From NCBI RefSeq assembly GCF_002113885.1, contig NW_018405476.1, positions 437,875 to 501,874 on the forward strand: 64,000 bases of DNA, given 5' to 3'. This document shows, one piece after another, positions 13,300 through 27,721 of this stretch (position 1 is the stretch's first letter; every line of letters begins with the position of its first letter). A program made the position numbers and the translations under genes. The notes below the pieces were generated by a model that saw only the letters and a program-made list of their open reading frames with translations, made no database searches and was not told the DNA's origin. The DNA comes from Mizuhopecten yessoensis. Taxonomy: Eukaryota.

Positions 13300-14560
13300 T
13301 GAAAATAAGACCAGGTGTTCCAAAAGGGTAAACATCTGATGCTTCATTAACAACACACAGCAAATCTAGGTCAAATAAGTATTAGGTTACGTCCAAGAAG
13401 CGAGAACTGGAGCGGTGACAACAAAACGTCAATAATAAACATTATCACCAACATCGACCTTCAAATCACACAAACAAATAGCATAGTTTCATATAAGGTT
13501 ATTAAAGCGACCATAAAACATGCCTATAGTCTTCATTAACCTGCATCGTTGGAAACCTTGGGTTGTTACTTTGTCAGTCAGCAGTCGACATCTATACTAT
13601 CATGATGAAGTCATGAAGTTACGCTATTTGCAGTAAACTGTTGAATTTCGACCGAATCAACAGCAACATGGGGGGTAGTGATGTAACTGTCAAGAAAGGG
13701 AAAAATCACGATCAGAAATTCAAGATAGTCTCTCTATTCGTACAGCGTATTTGTAAGCGGTCCCTTTAATCATATTATGAGTAAAGCTCGAGGAAAGTGA
13801 CTGATTTCAAGAGGAAATGTTTGTAAGATCGATGCAGTAAATACATTTCATGTTATGTAAAAACAGCAAATCGTCGCTATATGTGAATGTAATGTTGAAG
13901 GTTTTGTCTAGGTTTTTTTGGTCCTGATTGCCCATCAAAAGTTAGCTTCGTATGAAAAGTCGGCCACAAGAGGGCGCAGTTCTCCCCATATAAATGCCAA
14001 CAATCAGCTTACTCGAGGAAAGTCTTGCCACCGAACTTAATAAAGACATTGTCAACTAGGTAAAATATGCTCCAAAATGTTTTACAACCTTATATTTATT
14101 TCGCAGTTTCCCTTACATTTTGAAAAGAAACTTCTTATAAAAAAGAACACTAAGGCGGTCTTTCTGTTTGATATGATGAATGGTAGTGTAAATAGTAAAA
14201 ACGGAAAAAAATAACAAAAAGATAGAAGAAATATTTTTGAGGAGAGGATGTTCTAGATTGATTGAATGTTCTTTTGAATATTCCACTTACCGTATATACA
14301 CATGGTCACAATACGACTGTAACCCTGCGTATATGGTATTAAGAATGTTAAGAGAAGTTTATATAATATAACTGGAGTTATTACTTTGAATCACGCTTCT
14401 AATTAATTTAGATAATTAATTAACCTTTTTATAGCATGGGGGTCGAACAATGGAATATCAGCTATAAAGTAATTTCTTAACAAATTGTTTGCGTCATTGC
14501 ACTTAGGACGATTGTTTTCCCTCCTGTGATGCCAGTAATACTATATTTATCAACCAGAAT
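13300..14560 (-). mobile_element. Decayed reverse transcriptase relic of a Penelope-like retroelement (frameshifted, with stops)
   Basis: Collinear minus-strand motifs across frames: LVDNVFIKFGGK (~14025-14060), VGIYMG..NCAPLVAD..SYEANF (~13940-14005), FNITFTYSDDLL (13863-13899, the YIDD catalytic motif) and TLYE*RDYLEFLIVIFPFLDS (~13690-13750). These match the invertebrate PLE-type RT consensus LIDNIF / GIPMGTNCAPLLADLFLYSYE / FRYIDD / LYDKRDDFNFSIVNFPFL. Confidence 0.8.
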
Positions 14561-15220
14561 GTGAGGATAATTGAACATTTTGAGAAAAATTTAACGTAAA
14601 ATACAGGATTTTCCTTCCTATTATTATTGTACATCAAAACTGTTCATAGTATGAAGAATTCCATTGATATTGCAAGAAAGTTGTCTGGGAATCTGACAAC
14701 CGATTCGGCAGAAGAATGAATGGTTTGGTGGCCACCTTGAAAAGGAAAAAACTAACAAATCTGTTCTAGCTAGCATTTCGTCTTTCGGAGTTTCAGAAAT
14801 GTATAGGTAGGATAACCTTGGTTATCAATCAATCCTATCTCCGACTGATCTATATGCGTGCCAAATCAGGGTGGGGTTGGACACGGGAGTTAAAGCATGA
14901 CGCCTTACTTTGAGTAGCCTCGGAAGACAGAAGAGTTTCTCTGCGAGAGAGACCCTGCTCTCACCGTTGAGGTATTACCATTGTTTAATGTAAGCTCGAA
15001 AGTTGTATTGTACGTATGTGTATTACAAGATCTTTTTATGACTGTAGAAATAATAACCAATATTGTCCTTATTTGGTATAAGAACAATACAAAACATCAC
15101 GGATATAATACAATATGGTAGTAAATTGAAAACATATATTCATTATTTTGAAATTACACATGAATAAAAACAACACCTCTAAAAAAAATAGTTGTAGGCT
15201 AGTGCCTACTGGAGCCTCGT

Positions 15221-16128
15221 GCCTCTACGCTACTGACTGCGATATTTTTGTGGGTTTCTAGCTTTACCCAAAAATGATAATAGAGGCCTCTACGCTACTG
15301 ACTATGATACTGTTTGGGGTTTCTAGCTATACCCAAAAATGATAATAGAGGCCTGTACGCTACTGACTGCGATACTGTTTTGGGTTTCTAGCTATACCCA
15401 GAAATGATAATAGAGGCCTCTACGCTACTGACTATGATACTGTTTGGGGTTTCTAGCTATACCCAAAAATGATAATAGAGGCCTCTCCGCTACTGACTGC
15501 GATACTGTTTGGGGTTTCTAGGTATACCCAAAAATGATAATAGAGGCCTCTACGCTGCTGACTGCGATACTGTTTGGGTTTTCTAGCTTTACCCAAAAAT
15601 GATAATAAAGGCCTCCACGCTACTGACTGCGATACTGTTTGGGGTTTCCAGCTATACCCAAAAATGATAATAGAGGCCTGTAGGCTACTGACTGCGATAC
15701 TGTTTGGGGTTTCTAGCTATACCAAAAAATGATAATAGAGGCCTCTACTCTACTGACTGCGATACTATTTGGGGTTTCTAGCTATACCCAAAAATGATAA
15801 TAAAGGCCTCTACGCTACTGACTGCGATACTGTTTTGGGTTTCTAGCTATACCCAGAAATGATAATAGAGGCCTCTACGCTACTGACTGCGATACTGTTT
15901 TGGGTTTCTAGCTATACCCAGAAATGATAATAGAGGCCTCTACGCTACTGACTGCGATACTGTTTGGGGTTTCTAGCTTTACTCAAAAATGATAATAAAG
16001 GCCTCTACGCTACTGACTGCGATACTGTTTGGGGTTTCTAGCTTTACCCAAAAATGATAATAAAGGCCTCTACGCTACTGACTGCGATACTGTTTGGGGT
16101 TTCTAGCTATACCAAAAAATAAAATAGA
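15221..16128. repeat. 65-bp minisatellite, ~14 copies
   Basis: Unit GCCTCTACGCTACTGACTGCGATACTGTTTGGGGTTTCTAGCTATACCCAAAAATGATAATAGAG; copies at 15481 and 15546. Confidence 0.95.
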
Positions 16129-17547
16129 GTTTGTTTTATTAATGGATTGATTTCAGAACTGTATATTTATCAACGGATAAAGTTACAAAACCGGGTTATC
16201 TCACCCATATAACACTTTCCATACGTAACGAATGACACGTTTAAGGAATGATTGACCTGGCTTGGACCTTTAGCACCTCTGTAAAACTACCGCTTAATAA
16301 TTATTCTCACAAAATAATGTCTCCCCTGACATAGCTTATCAAGAATTGCCATCAAGACCATTGTACACATCAAATACAGCGCCATGTAATATTTTCATTA
16401 GTTAATAGGGATTACCTGATAATGTAGCGGTGGGCGCCTGTTACGTGTCTACCACTGTGTGTGATGACCCCCTAACCATAGAACAAGGCTTATGTTGACT
16501 AATCCTAACCGTATCCTGTTCTCATCTCGTGTTTATTGACAGCCCGGTCTGTAAATATTAGATGACACGTGTATCTGTATCGGTATCTCCACCAATCTGT
16601 TTGAAGCCAAATAATACGACACCGGGTGTAACGTTAACAGGACTGTCCAACAAGAGGGAAGAGTGAGTGGATTTTTGCCCACTGGTCATGTACATATTTG
16701 ATGGTGTTAGACAGTTTTAGGAAGTTCCCAGCAGGTGCTCGACAGCATTGCAGTAACGTGACGACAAAAAAACAAAATTAGAAATACTGATTAACGCCAA
16801 TGATGCCAAAAGGGTACGCTATTTTCAACACTTAGGGATTGAAATCGTCCTTTTAACACTGAATCTCAGTTCAACGTCCCTTTGGGTGACGGAGCTGTGT
16901 TGTATACTATCACAAATGTTAAAAAAGATGCAACAACAAAGATGAGTGAATTTCATCTTTCTTGCAGGTTCGTCATGAATAAGCCATTTCTGCAGAAACA
17001 AGGTCTTTATTGTGGTTGCCAGTTCCGCCACACCACAAGCGTCAATCGGAAACCATTCACGAATTTCTGCCGTAATTTGAATTTTTCGTCATGCAATGAT
17101 TACTCCCCAAATTATTCTAACAGCATGACGGAAATTCTCGAACAGTTTCCGGTCGGGAAACTATTCACGTGTAATGGTTCTGCCAATTACTGGTCTATAA
17201 CAACATCTTTTGTCAGTAGCTTTCTCTGATGACAGAGCAACGGAAATGTATGTTTTCTTGATTGATTTTTTAGCATTTAATGGAAGAGTCTTAGGTTCCG
17301 TTTAGAGATATTCCCGTGAAGCGCGGTCGAGCATCTTGGGAGATATGTTTGGACAGAACTATGTTGCATACATATTAGAATGATACATTTTGACCTGCAT
17401 TAACAACAAAGAAAAGTCTAATTCAGATTTCTTTGCTTTCTTTGCGGATCATTTTGATTCATGGATCATTTGAAACGGACTTTAAAAATTAAATGTTGGA
17501 ACGGCTATTTTGGCAGGTATAGCGGCCTGTTTTCTATTCAGTATCGA

Positions 17548-18310
17548 CGTAACCACCAGTTGTAGGTGTAACCACCAGTTGTCGGTGTAACCAGCAGTTG
17601 TCGGTGTAACCACCAGTTGTCAGTGTAACCACCAGTTGTAGGTGTATCAACCAGTTGTCGGTGTAACCACCAGTTGTCGGTGTAACCACCAGTTGTCGGT
17701 GTAACCACCAGTTGTAGGTGTATCCACCAGTTGTAGGTGTAGTCACCAGTTGTAGGTGTAACCACCAGCTGTAGGTGTAACCACCAGTTGTAGGTGTATC
17801 CACCAAATGTAGGTGTAACCACCAGTTGTCGGTGTATCCACCAGTTGTAGGTGTATCAACCAGTTGCCGGTGTAACCACCAGTTGTCGGTGTATCCACCA
17901 GTTGTAGGTGTATCAACCAGTTGCCGGTGTAACCACCAGTTGTAGGTGTATCCACCAGTTGTAGGTGTAACCACCAGTTGTCGGTGTAACCACCAGTTGT
18001 AGGTGTATCCACCAGTTGTAGGTGTAGTCACCAGTTGTAGGTGTATCCACCAGCTGTAGGTGTATCAACCAGTTGTAGGTTCATCCACCAGTTGTAGGTG
18101 TAACCACCAGTTGTAGGTGTATCCACCAGTTGTAGGTGTAACCACCAGTTGTAGGTGTTACCACCAGTTGTAGGTGTATCCACCAGTTGTAGGTGTATCC
18201 ACCAGTTGTAGGTGTAATCACCAGTTGTAGGTGTATCCACCAGTTGTAGATGTATCCACCAGTTGTAGGTGTAACCACCAGTTGTATTGTATCAACCAGG
18301 TGAAGGTGTA
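17548..18310. repeat. 19-bp minisatellite, ~40 copies
   Basis: Unit GTAACCACCAGTTGTAGGT with variants; it explains the overlapping TPTTGGYT ORFs. Confidence 0.95.
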
Positions 18311-19309
18311 AAAGGGGGGACTGTTTGTATGGAGGTAACGTCCTTGCAACAGTTGCAGAAGAGTGTCTAGCTACATGTAGGAAAACACAACCGAAAAGAA
18401 GGTGTATGAGATCGAGAAAAGATGGAGATCCTAGTCAAGTGTTGTAATGGGGGCAGCAGATTAATTTGTATTTCTTCAATATCCCCTCAGCAGAAAGCAC
18501 AGAATCCGATCTCGCAAGGGGATCCAACATAAGTCGCCTCTTACGATAACGATTTTCTTGACAGAAACATAAACCAGATATTCCATCGCTTAGTCATGCA
18601 TTTCATGTTTGTTCTCACATCCCCCTAGCATCGTGACTCATTTTGACACAACATAAAGACATGACATAGTTTGTGACTCGTCCTATTCAACGATTCAATT
18701 TTTAAATTCGGAAAATAAAGGTCATGCTGTGAAAAAAACATTGATCGAACGAATAAAAATACAAAAATGTTGAAATTATTGACAACTGCTTGAAAGAGGA
18801 ATATTAACAAAAGTGGTCATGCTTGGCGTTGTTTGAATATTCTGTTACTTTAAAGCTGTCAGATATTCAACACCAAATGTCACAATTGTTATCCATCGTT
18901 TGTAACGTAACGCGGTACTGTGAAAGCCTTTAAACATCTGGTTTTACACGTATCGGCGCTAAAAGTACGCGATACAGGATAAAACCGACCAAAGTGCTCC
19001 TTATTTTACAAGTACAGTGGCGGCTAAGCCAGGCGTTCTCGATACACAAGCGATAATTACATCATCAAATTCACTTTAATGCTTCAGTGGACGTTTTACG
19101 TCAGGATTAAAGCCGGTCTTTGTGTAATATTAAATGTACTTACCTTTTTTGGTATTATAATTAATCATATTTTGGAAATAATAACTTTAAGGATTCAGAA
19201 AGAAAGGATATTTTAATGAATTATCTCAAAACGATATTCATTACAACAGTGGGACAACACAGCGTAGCTAATAACACCAGTCTGTGCCGATTACAGGAAT
19301 AAAGACACG

Positions 19310-22300
19310 CATATTTGGACTGAACACTGCTCCCTGTTGTAAACTTAAAGAAAATGGAGACAGTTCTGCTCTCTGTTGTAAACGAATTTTAGAGAAGGGT
19401 TACAGTGATGCGCCCTGTTGTTCACACATTTAGGAAATGGAGACCATGCTGCTCCCTGTTGAAAACAAATTTAGAGACAGTGCTTTAATGCTCTCCCTTG
19501 TAGACAAATCTAACAGAATGGACACAGTACTAGTGCTGCTTTCTGTTGTAAACAAATCTAACAGAATGGACACAGTACTAGTGCTGCTTTCTGTTGTAAA
19601 CAAATCTAACAGAATGGACACAGTACTAGTGCTGCCCTCTGTTGTAAACAAATCTAACAGAATGGACACAGTACTAGTGCTGCCCTCTGTTGTAAACAAA
19701 TCTAACAGAATGGACACAGTACTAGTGCTGCCCTCTGTTGTAAACAAATCTAACAGAATGGACACAGTACTAGTGCTGCCCTCTGTTGTAAACAAATCTA
19801 ACAGAATGGACACAGTACTAGTGCTGCCCTCTGTTGTAAACAAATCTAACAGAATGGACACAGTACTAGTGCTGCCCTCTGTTGTAAACAAATCTAACAG
19901 AATGGACACAGTACTAGTGCTGCCCTCTGTTGTAAACAAATCTAACAGAATGGACACAGTACTAGTGCTGCCCTCTGTTGTAAACAAATCTAACAGAATG
20001 GACACAGTACTAGTGCTGCCCTCTGTTGTAAACAAATCTAACAGAATGGACACAGTACTAGTGCTGCCCTCTGTTGTAAACAAATCTAACAGAATGGACA
20101 CAGTACTAGTGCTGCCCTCTGTTGTAAACAAATCTAACAGAATGGACACAGTACTAGTGCTGCCCTCTGTTGTAAACAAATCTAACAGAATGGACACAGT
20201 ACTAGTGCTGCCCTCTGTTGTAAACAAATCTAACAGAATGGACACAGTACTAGTGCTGCCCTCTGTTGTAAACAAATCTAACAGAATGGACACAGTACTA
20301 GTGCTGCCCTCTGTTGTAAACAAATCTAACAGAATGGACACAGTACTAGTGCTGCCCTCTGTTGTAAACAAATCTAACAGAATGGACACGGTACTAGTGC
20401 TGCCCTCTGTTGTAAACAAATCTAACAGAATGGACACAGTACTAGTGCTGCCCTCTGTTATAACAAAATCTAACAGAATGGACACAGTACTAGTGCTGCC
20501 CTCTGTTGTAACAAAATCTAACGCTGCCATTTGTTGTAAACAAATCTAACAGGATGGACACGGTACTAGTGCTGCCCTCTGTTTTAAACAAATCTAACAG
20601 AATGTACACGGTTCTAGTCCTGCCATCTGTTGTAATCAAATCTAACAGAATGGACACGGTACTAGTGCTGCTTTCTGTTGTAAACAAATCTAACAGAATG
20701 GACACAGTTCTAGTGCTGCCCTCTGTTGTAAACAAATCTAACCGAATGGACACAGTACTAGTGCTGCCCTCTGTTGTAACAAAATCTAACGCTGCCATTT
20801 GTTGTAAACAAATCTAACAGGATGGACACGGTACTAGTGCTGCCCTCTGTTTTAAACAAATCTAACAGAATGTACACGGTTCTAGTCCTGCCATCTGTTG
20901 TAATCAAATCTAACAGAATGGACACGGTACTAGTGCTGCCATCTGTTGTAAACAAATCTAACAGAATGAACACGGTACTAGTGCTGCCCTCTGTTGTAAA
21001 CAATTCTAACAGAATGGACACAGTACTAGTGCTGCCCTCTTTTGTAAACAAATCTAACAGAATGGACACGGTACTTGTGCTGCTTTCTGTTGTAAACAAA
21101 TCTAACAGAATGGACACAGCACTAGTGCTGACCTCTGTTGTAAACAAATCTAACAGAATGGACCCAGTACTAGTGCTGCCCTCTGTTGTAAACAAATTTA
21201 ACAGAATGGACACAGTACTAGTGCTGCCCTTTGTTGTAAACAAATCTAACAGAATGGACACAGTCCTAGTGCTGCCCTCTGTTGTAAACAAATCTAACAG
21301 AATTGACACGGTACTAGTGCTGCCCTCTGTTGTAAAAAAAATCTAACAGAATGGACACGGAACTAGTGCTGCTTTCTGTTGTAAACAAATCTAACAGAAT
21401 GGACACAGCACTAGTGCTGACCTCTGTTGTAAACAAATCTAACATAATGGAGCCCTCTGTTGTAAACAAATCGTACAGAATGGACATAGTACTAGTGCTG
21501 CCCTCTGTTGTAAACAAATCTAACAGAATGGACACAGTCCTAGTGCTGCCCTCTGTTGTAAACAAATCTAACCGAATGGACACAGTACTAGTGCTGCCCT
21601 CTGTTGTAAACAAATTTAACAGAATGGACACAGTACTAGTGCTGCCCTTTGTTGTAAACAAATCTAACAGAATGGACACAGTACTAGTGCTGACCTCTGT
21701 TGTAAACAAATCTAACAGAATGGAGCCCTCTGTTGTAAACAAATCGTACAGAATGGACATAGTACTAGTGCTGCCCTCTGTTGTAAACAAATCTAACAGA
21801 ATGGACACGGTACTAGTGCTGCCCTCTGTTGTAAAAAAAATCTAACAGAATGGACACGGTACTAGTGCTGCCATCTGTTGTAAACAAATCTAACAGAATG
21901 AACACGGTACTAGTGCTGCCCTCTGTTGTAAACAAAATCTAACAGAATGGACACGGTACTAGTGCTGCCCTCTGTTGTAAACAAATCTAACAGAATGGAC
22001 ACAGTACTAGTGCTGCCCTCTGTTGTAAACAAATTTAACAGAATGGACACAGTACTAGTGCTGCCCTTTGTTGTAAACAAATCTAACAGAATGGACACAG
22101 TACTAGTGCTGCCCTCTGTTGTTAACAAATCTAACAGAATGGATACAGTACTAGTACTGCCCTCTGTTGTAAACAAATATAACAGAATGGACACAGTACT
22201 AGTGCTGCCCTCTGTTGTAAACAAATTTAACAGAATGGACACAGTACTAGTGCTGACCTCTGTTGTTAACAAATCTAACAGAATGGACACAGTAATAGTG

Positions 22301-24290
22301 CTGCCCTCTGTTGTTAACAAATCTAACAGAATGGACACAGTACAAGTGCTGCCCTCTGTTGTATACAAATCGAACCGAATGGACACAGTACTAGCGCTGC
22401 CCTCTGTTGTAAACAAATCTAACATAATGGACACGGTACTAGTGCTGCTCTCTTTTTTAAACAAATCTAACAGAATGGACACGGTACTAGTGCTGCTCTC
22501 TGTTGTAAACAAATCTAACAGAATGGGCACGGTACTAGTGCTGCTCTCTTTTGTAAACAAATCTAACCGAATGGACACAGTACTAGTGCTGCGCTCTGTT
22601 GTAACCAAATCTAACAGAATGGACACGGTACTAGTGCCGCCCTCTGTTGTAAACAAATCTAACAGAATGGCCACGGTACTAGTGCTGCCCTCTGTTGTAA
22701 ACAAATATAACAGAAAGGACACAATACTAATGCTGCCCTCTGTTGTTAACAAATCTAACAGAGGGGGGACAGTACTAGTACTGCCCTCTGTTGTAAACAA
22801 ATATAACAGAATTGATACGGTACTAGTGCTGCCCTCTGTTGTAAACAAATCTAACAGAATGGACACAGTACAAGTGCTGCCCTCTGTTGTAAACAAATCG
22901 AACCGAATGGACACAGTACTAGTGCTGCCCTCTGTTGTAACCAAATCTAACAGAATGGACACAGTACTAGTGCTGCCTTCTGTTGTAAACAAATCTAACA
23001 GAATGGAGCCCTCTGTTGTAAACAAATCTAACAGAATGGCCACAGTACTAGTGCTGCCCTCTGTTGTAAACAAATCTAACAGAATGGACACGGTACTAGT
23101 GCCGCCCTCTGTTGTAAACAAATCTAACAGAATGGACACAGTACTAGTGCTGCCTTCTGTTGTAACCAAATCTAACCAAATGGACACAGTACTAGAGCTG
23201 CCCTCTGTTGTAAACAAATATAACAGAATGGACACTGTACCAGGGCTGCCCTCTGTTGTAAACAAATCTAACAGAATGGACACGGTACTAGCGCTGCCCT
23301 CTGTTGTAAACAAATCTCACAGAATGGACACAGTACTAGTGCTACCCTCTTTTGTTAACAAATCTAACAGAATGGACACAGGACTAGTGCTGCTTTTTGT
23401 TGTAAACAAAACTAACAGAATGGACACAGTACTAGTGCTGCCCTCTGTTGTAAACAAATCTAACAGAATGGACACAGTACTAGTGCTGCTTTTTGTTGTA
23501 AACAAAACTAACAGAATGGACACAGTACTAGTGCTGCCCTCTTTTGTTAACAAATCTAACAGGATGGACACAGTACTAGTGCTGACCTCTGTGGTAAACA
23601 AATCTAACAGAATGGACACAGTACTAGTGCTGCCCTCTTTTGTTAACAAATCTAACAGAATGGACACAGTACTAATGCTGCCCTCTGTTGTAAACAAATC
23701 TAACAGAATGGACAACGTACTAGTGCTGGCCTCTGTTGTAAACAAATCTAACAGAATGGACACAGTACTAATGCTGCCCTCTGTTGTAAACAAATCTAAC
23801 AGAATGGACAACGTACTAGTGCTGGCCTCTGTTGTAAACAAATCTAACAGAATGGACACACTAGTGCTGACCTCTGTTGTAAACAAATCTAACAGAATGG
23901 ACACAGTACCAGTGCTGCTCTCTGTTGTAAACAAATCTAACAGAATGGACAACGTACTAGTGCTGGCCTCTGTTGTAAACAAATCTAACAGAATGGACAA
24001 CGTACTAGTGCTGGCCTCTGTTGTAAACAAATCTAACAGAATGGACACAGTACCAGTGCTGCTCTCTGTTGTAAACAAATCTAACAGAATGGACAACGTA
24101 CTAGTGCTGGCCTCTGTTGTAAACAAATCTAACAGAATGGACACAGTACTAGTGCTGCCCTCTTTTGTAAACAAATATAACATGATGGACACCGTACTAG
24201 TGCTGCTCTCTGTTGTAATCTAATTTAAGAGAATAGAGACAGTGCCGCTCACTGTTCTTTACGCCGACAGGAAAGACAGTGCTACAACCT
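19310..24290. repeat. 48-bp satellite array, ~100 copies
   Basis: Unit GACACAGTACTAGTGCTGCCCTCTGTTGTAAACAAATCTAACAGAATG; near-perfect ~19600-20380, more diverged distally, degenerate at both edges. Confidence 0.97.
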
Positions 24291-25164
24291 GTTGGGTACA
24301 ACATTTGTTTTCTAACAAAATGACATTGTTGTAGACGTTATAATATTTCTCGTCTTATTACTTCGAAAATAGTGACAGAACTATTCAAGAAATATATATC
24401 GTGTTTTTTCCAAATAAGGCTAAACAAAACTGTGTGTACCCACGACAACTCTCTATTGTTTCCCCCTTTGTGAATAAGCATGCCCTTATAATTGTCTTTG
24501 GTTGCGATTGAAGATTGAAGGTACATTGTGTACATATAACTCGGTGCACAAACAATTATTCTTGGAATACCAGAAAACGAACCCTAATACACACACGTCG
24601 CTTGGGAATGGCCCGCTTCAAACACGCAGTCCGATTACTAGTTTCCACGACAACCTGGTAAGATTGTGTTATCACAGTGATTGGTAGGGCGGCACGTGTG
24701 CGGGATGGCGCGGTTCGAGTATCTAATGTCAGAATGGTATACCGGTAATTTATATGCCTTTTTACTTGGCACTAAGCGCAGAGTATCCGTCCCTTTAGAG
24801 TGTGAAAGAAGAGTAGACATTTAACTGAAAGTTGTTGTATTGCGCTGATTCATGCATGTCATGTGGTTGCTAGTTTATAAACCAACCAGAACTAGAGCTG
24901 TAAGTGCAGTATACAAACTACAACAAGGGCAAGGGCAGATCTGCTAAATGTTGACCGATGTCACCTAACATAGAAATGGATGACAATGGAAGTTGTACGA
25001 ATACGTAACCTTTATCTAATATAGCTTTACAAGTAGTTTCATTATGTAGGTTTAATTTATACAATTTCAAACAACCTTGGTAACTCTATTTTCCATTTTT
25101 TTCTTTTGCCGAGTTAATAGTTCGATACCTGCAATGATCTTGAAAAGTGAGTACAAGTCGTAAT

Positions 25165-25419
25165 ATAAATATTATTTATTCTATAACAACTAATAAGAAA
25201 AGATTATGTATATCAACTAGTTATATCGACTATATCAATCACCCTTGTTGGTTCAGATGGTAACGTGCAACGGGTCTTGATATGTGAGAAGAAACTGGAA
25301 CACCCGGACAAACCCGCTGTGGTCGGGCAGGCGACCAAACATCTGTTCACGTCCGTTTGTGGAATCAGACCCCGGTGCATGGTGAAAGGCGTGTGTGCTA
25401 TCCATTTTGCCACCCGACC
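25165..25419 (-). mobile_element. Degenerate tRNA-derived SINE with V-domain-like core
   Basis: Minus strand: A-box-like TGGCAAAATGG, B-box-like GGTCTGATTCC, then GGGTTTGTCCGGGTGTTCCAGTTTCTTCTCACA, resembling the V-SINE core GGGTTTTCTCCGGGTACTCCGGTTTCCTCCCACA; AT-rich tail. Confidence 0.65.
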
Positions 25420-27721
25420 AACCTATGTCGTATGTCATTTCACCGTCACAAGTCGTGCCTCGTCACGCCATTGCTTGTGCAGCGATTGACGCTGTACCCC
25501 AATATGATGGGGATGCAGTCGTTATGGGGCGAGGCAATATAGACCAGAGCGAACTATGACAACTGTTATCGTGACTGAAGTAAACTATCATAAGGACATT
25601 CACATTTGGCATTTCTGAGGTTTACAATTTCAAATCCAATAAACGGTATGATAAGTTATGAAACAACGTCATTGACAGTGAAGTCATGTTCCTGACATTT
25701 ACGTGTACTTGGCAACACAACAGTATTGTCACTGTTAAATAGAGTCTGATAGAAATTGCTCTACAGACCCCATTCCTTTTCCGATTGACTTGAAAAAGAA
25801 ACATCACCCTCGCGTGTCAACCTTCTGCGGTCGAAAACTAGATCACTGTTACTTCGTATCGTCGGTGTTGGCTTGTTTATTGTTTAGTTGAACTTCGCGC
25901 GTACCTTGTACATTTGTGGATACTGTGTTCGACTCTGCAGGGCACTGTTTGTATTTACGACATCCTGTTGTAAAAAAGAGAAGACTTACAATACAAACTA
26001 TATTAGCAAGGCTTTCAGCGCGAGACAATATACCATAATTATGTCCAGTAGTTGATCAATAGAACACGTACAGTGGTACCAATGTGTGGTATTCTGGTCT
26101 GCAGGGGATCTAACGTTTGAAGTAATCACGCTTAATATTGATGATACCATTGATGATTCTTCACATAATTAGAGGTTGACTCTATCAGGAACTTGACGAT
26201 ACTGGAGAAATGGGTCGTGAATATCCGTCTTCTTGAACGATATTTGAAAGAAAAAACGTGGCTGTACTGAAAAAAACCCCAGAATCTTTGTATTGTATGT
26301 TGAGTTATGAACTTAACCCCCATTACTATGTAGCGGTTAGACTACAAATAGCTATGTTGGGTTTCATTGTACTGAGTTTTAAGATTTGTCGATGAAAATG
26401 ATGTATTGAGGGTTTTGTTTTGTTTTCTAAAGTTATCAATTTCAATCCCTCTTTTTTACATTATGTTAGCTACATCTTTACATAAAATGTATCAGGATTG
26501 AAAAGGTGTTTTTTTTCAATGTCATTCCGGCATATAACACAGGGAATCACTTATGTTTTCGATACGAGATTCCTGGAACAGCCTAATATAACGTCACCAA
26601 AATGTTTGCTTCTAACGGGTTTCTCATGCTATTCGAGACGGGAGGAGAAGCTTCAAAATGACGCTGATCAAATTGTGTTGCTAACCCTATGCGAACGTAA
26701 TTTCTTCTTGTACAGTTTAGAGAGAAAATTCAGTGGAAATGTAATATAGCGATGAGGTAATCATTCGAGATCGGGATCCCCTTATAACGATTGCATAGGG
26801 ATTAACTGAGGCCTATGTGATTATAGGTACAGCCTGTATGCACACGCCTCATTTGGAATTTTGAAGTTACAGATTGTACTACCACCAAATAGATGTTTTT
26901 AAGTACATGGACCGCAAGCACTTGGCGTTCCGAAATACTGTAGTTTAAATGAGCAAATATAAAAAAGCACAAAAATCAAACAAGCGATCTCACACATGTA
27001 GAATCAATATGAAGTATTTAATTCGCCTGCAGTCGTTGTCGGTACACGTGTAAGGTACAACATGGTACCTGCACATACTACTCGACACTTGCTGATGTGT
27101 CTAACATGATATCTATCTAACGTTCTAGCACTATCCCTGTTAGAAAAAACAGTGTTTATATTTGGTATAATTACCAGCCATATATATCATCGATACGTTT
27201 TCCAAGATGTGAAAATGGATCCAGTTCCAGTAACCGATTTCCGACATCTTAGCACTGGATCTACTGTTATTGGCGACGTCAATGTGATTGTTGGTTAAGA
27301 CAGCATTAGATTAACTACCGTCTGCTTGGTTGTCCGAAACGAAAGGGTTGGCAGCGATATATCGGTTTTAGTATCTGCTTTAATGGCTTTTATTTTGGCG
27401 CAATTCTATCCAGTATTCAACATTACCAATCCTTATTACAATAGATGGGATGACAAATGTAGCACGGCCTCACAGACCATCTCGATCAGCCGAGCCGTCC
27501 GACATCATCCACAGGTCGGGCCTAGGAAACATGTCCGATACGTAACAGTAAAGCAAGACGTACCAAGACCTCCGTGGACACTTGGCACGCACGTACGTTT
27601 GCTTCCACTAAGGCGGAAATTATGCTTCCACAATAACGAGGTTGGGTATGATATTGCACAATACCTAGATTTGATATACTGTGGTAGCAAGGGCAACACT
27701 CACAATGAGTAACATTAAAAA

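Noticed and set aside
17534-18278. TPTTGGYT/NWWLH repeat ORFs
   Set aside because: Product of a 19-bp unit cycling through all three frames.
19430-24223. Long ORFs (366-758 aa) on both strands
   Set aside because: Translations of a 48-bp satellite, broken by frameshifts, with no unique flanking coding sequence or splice context.
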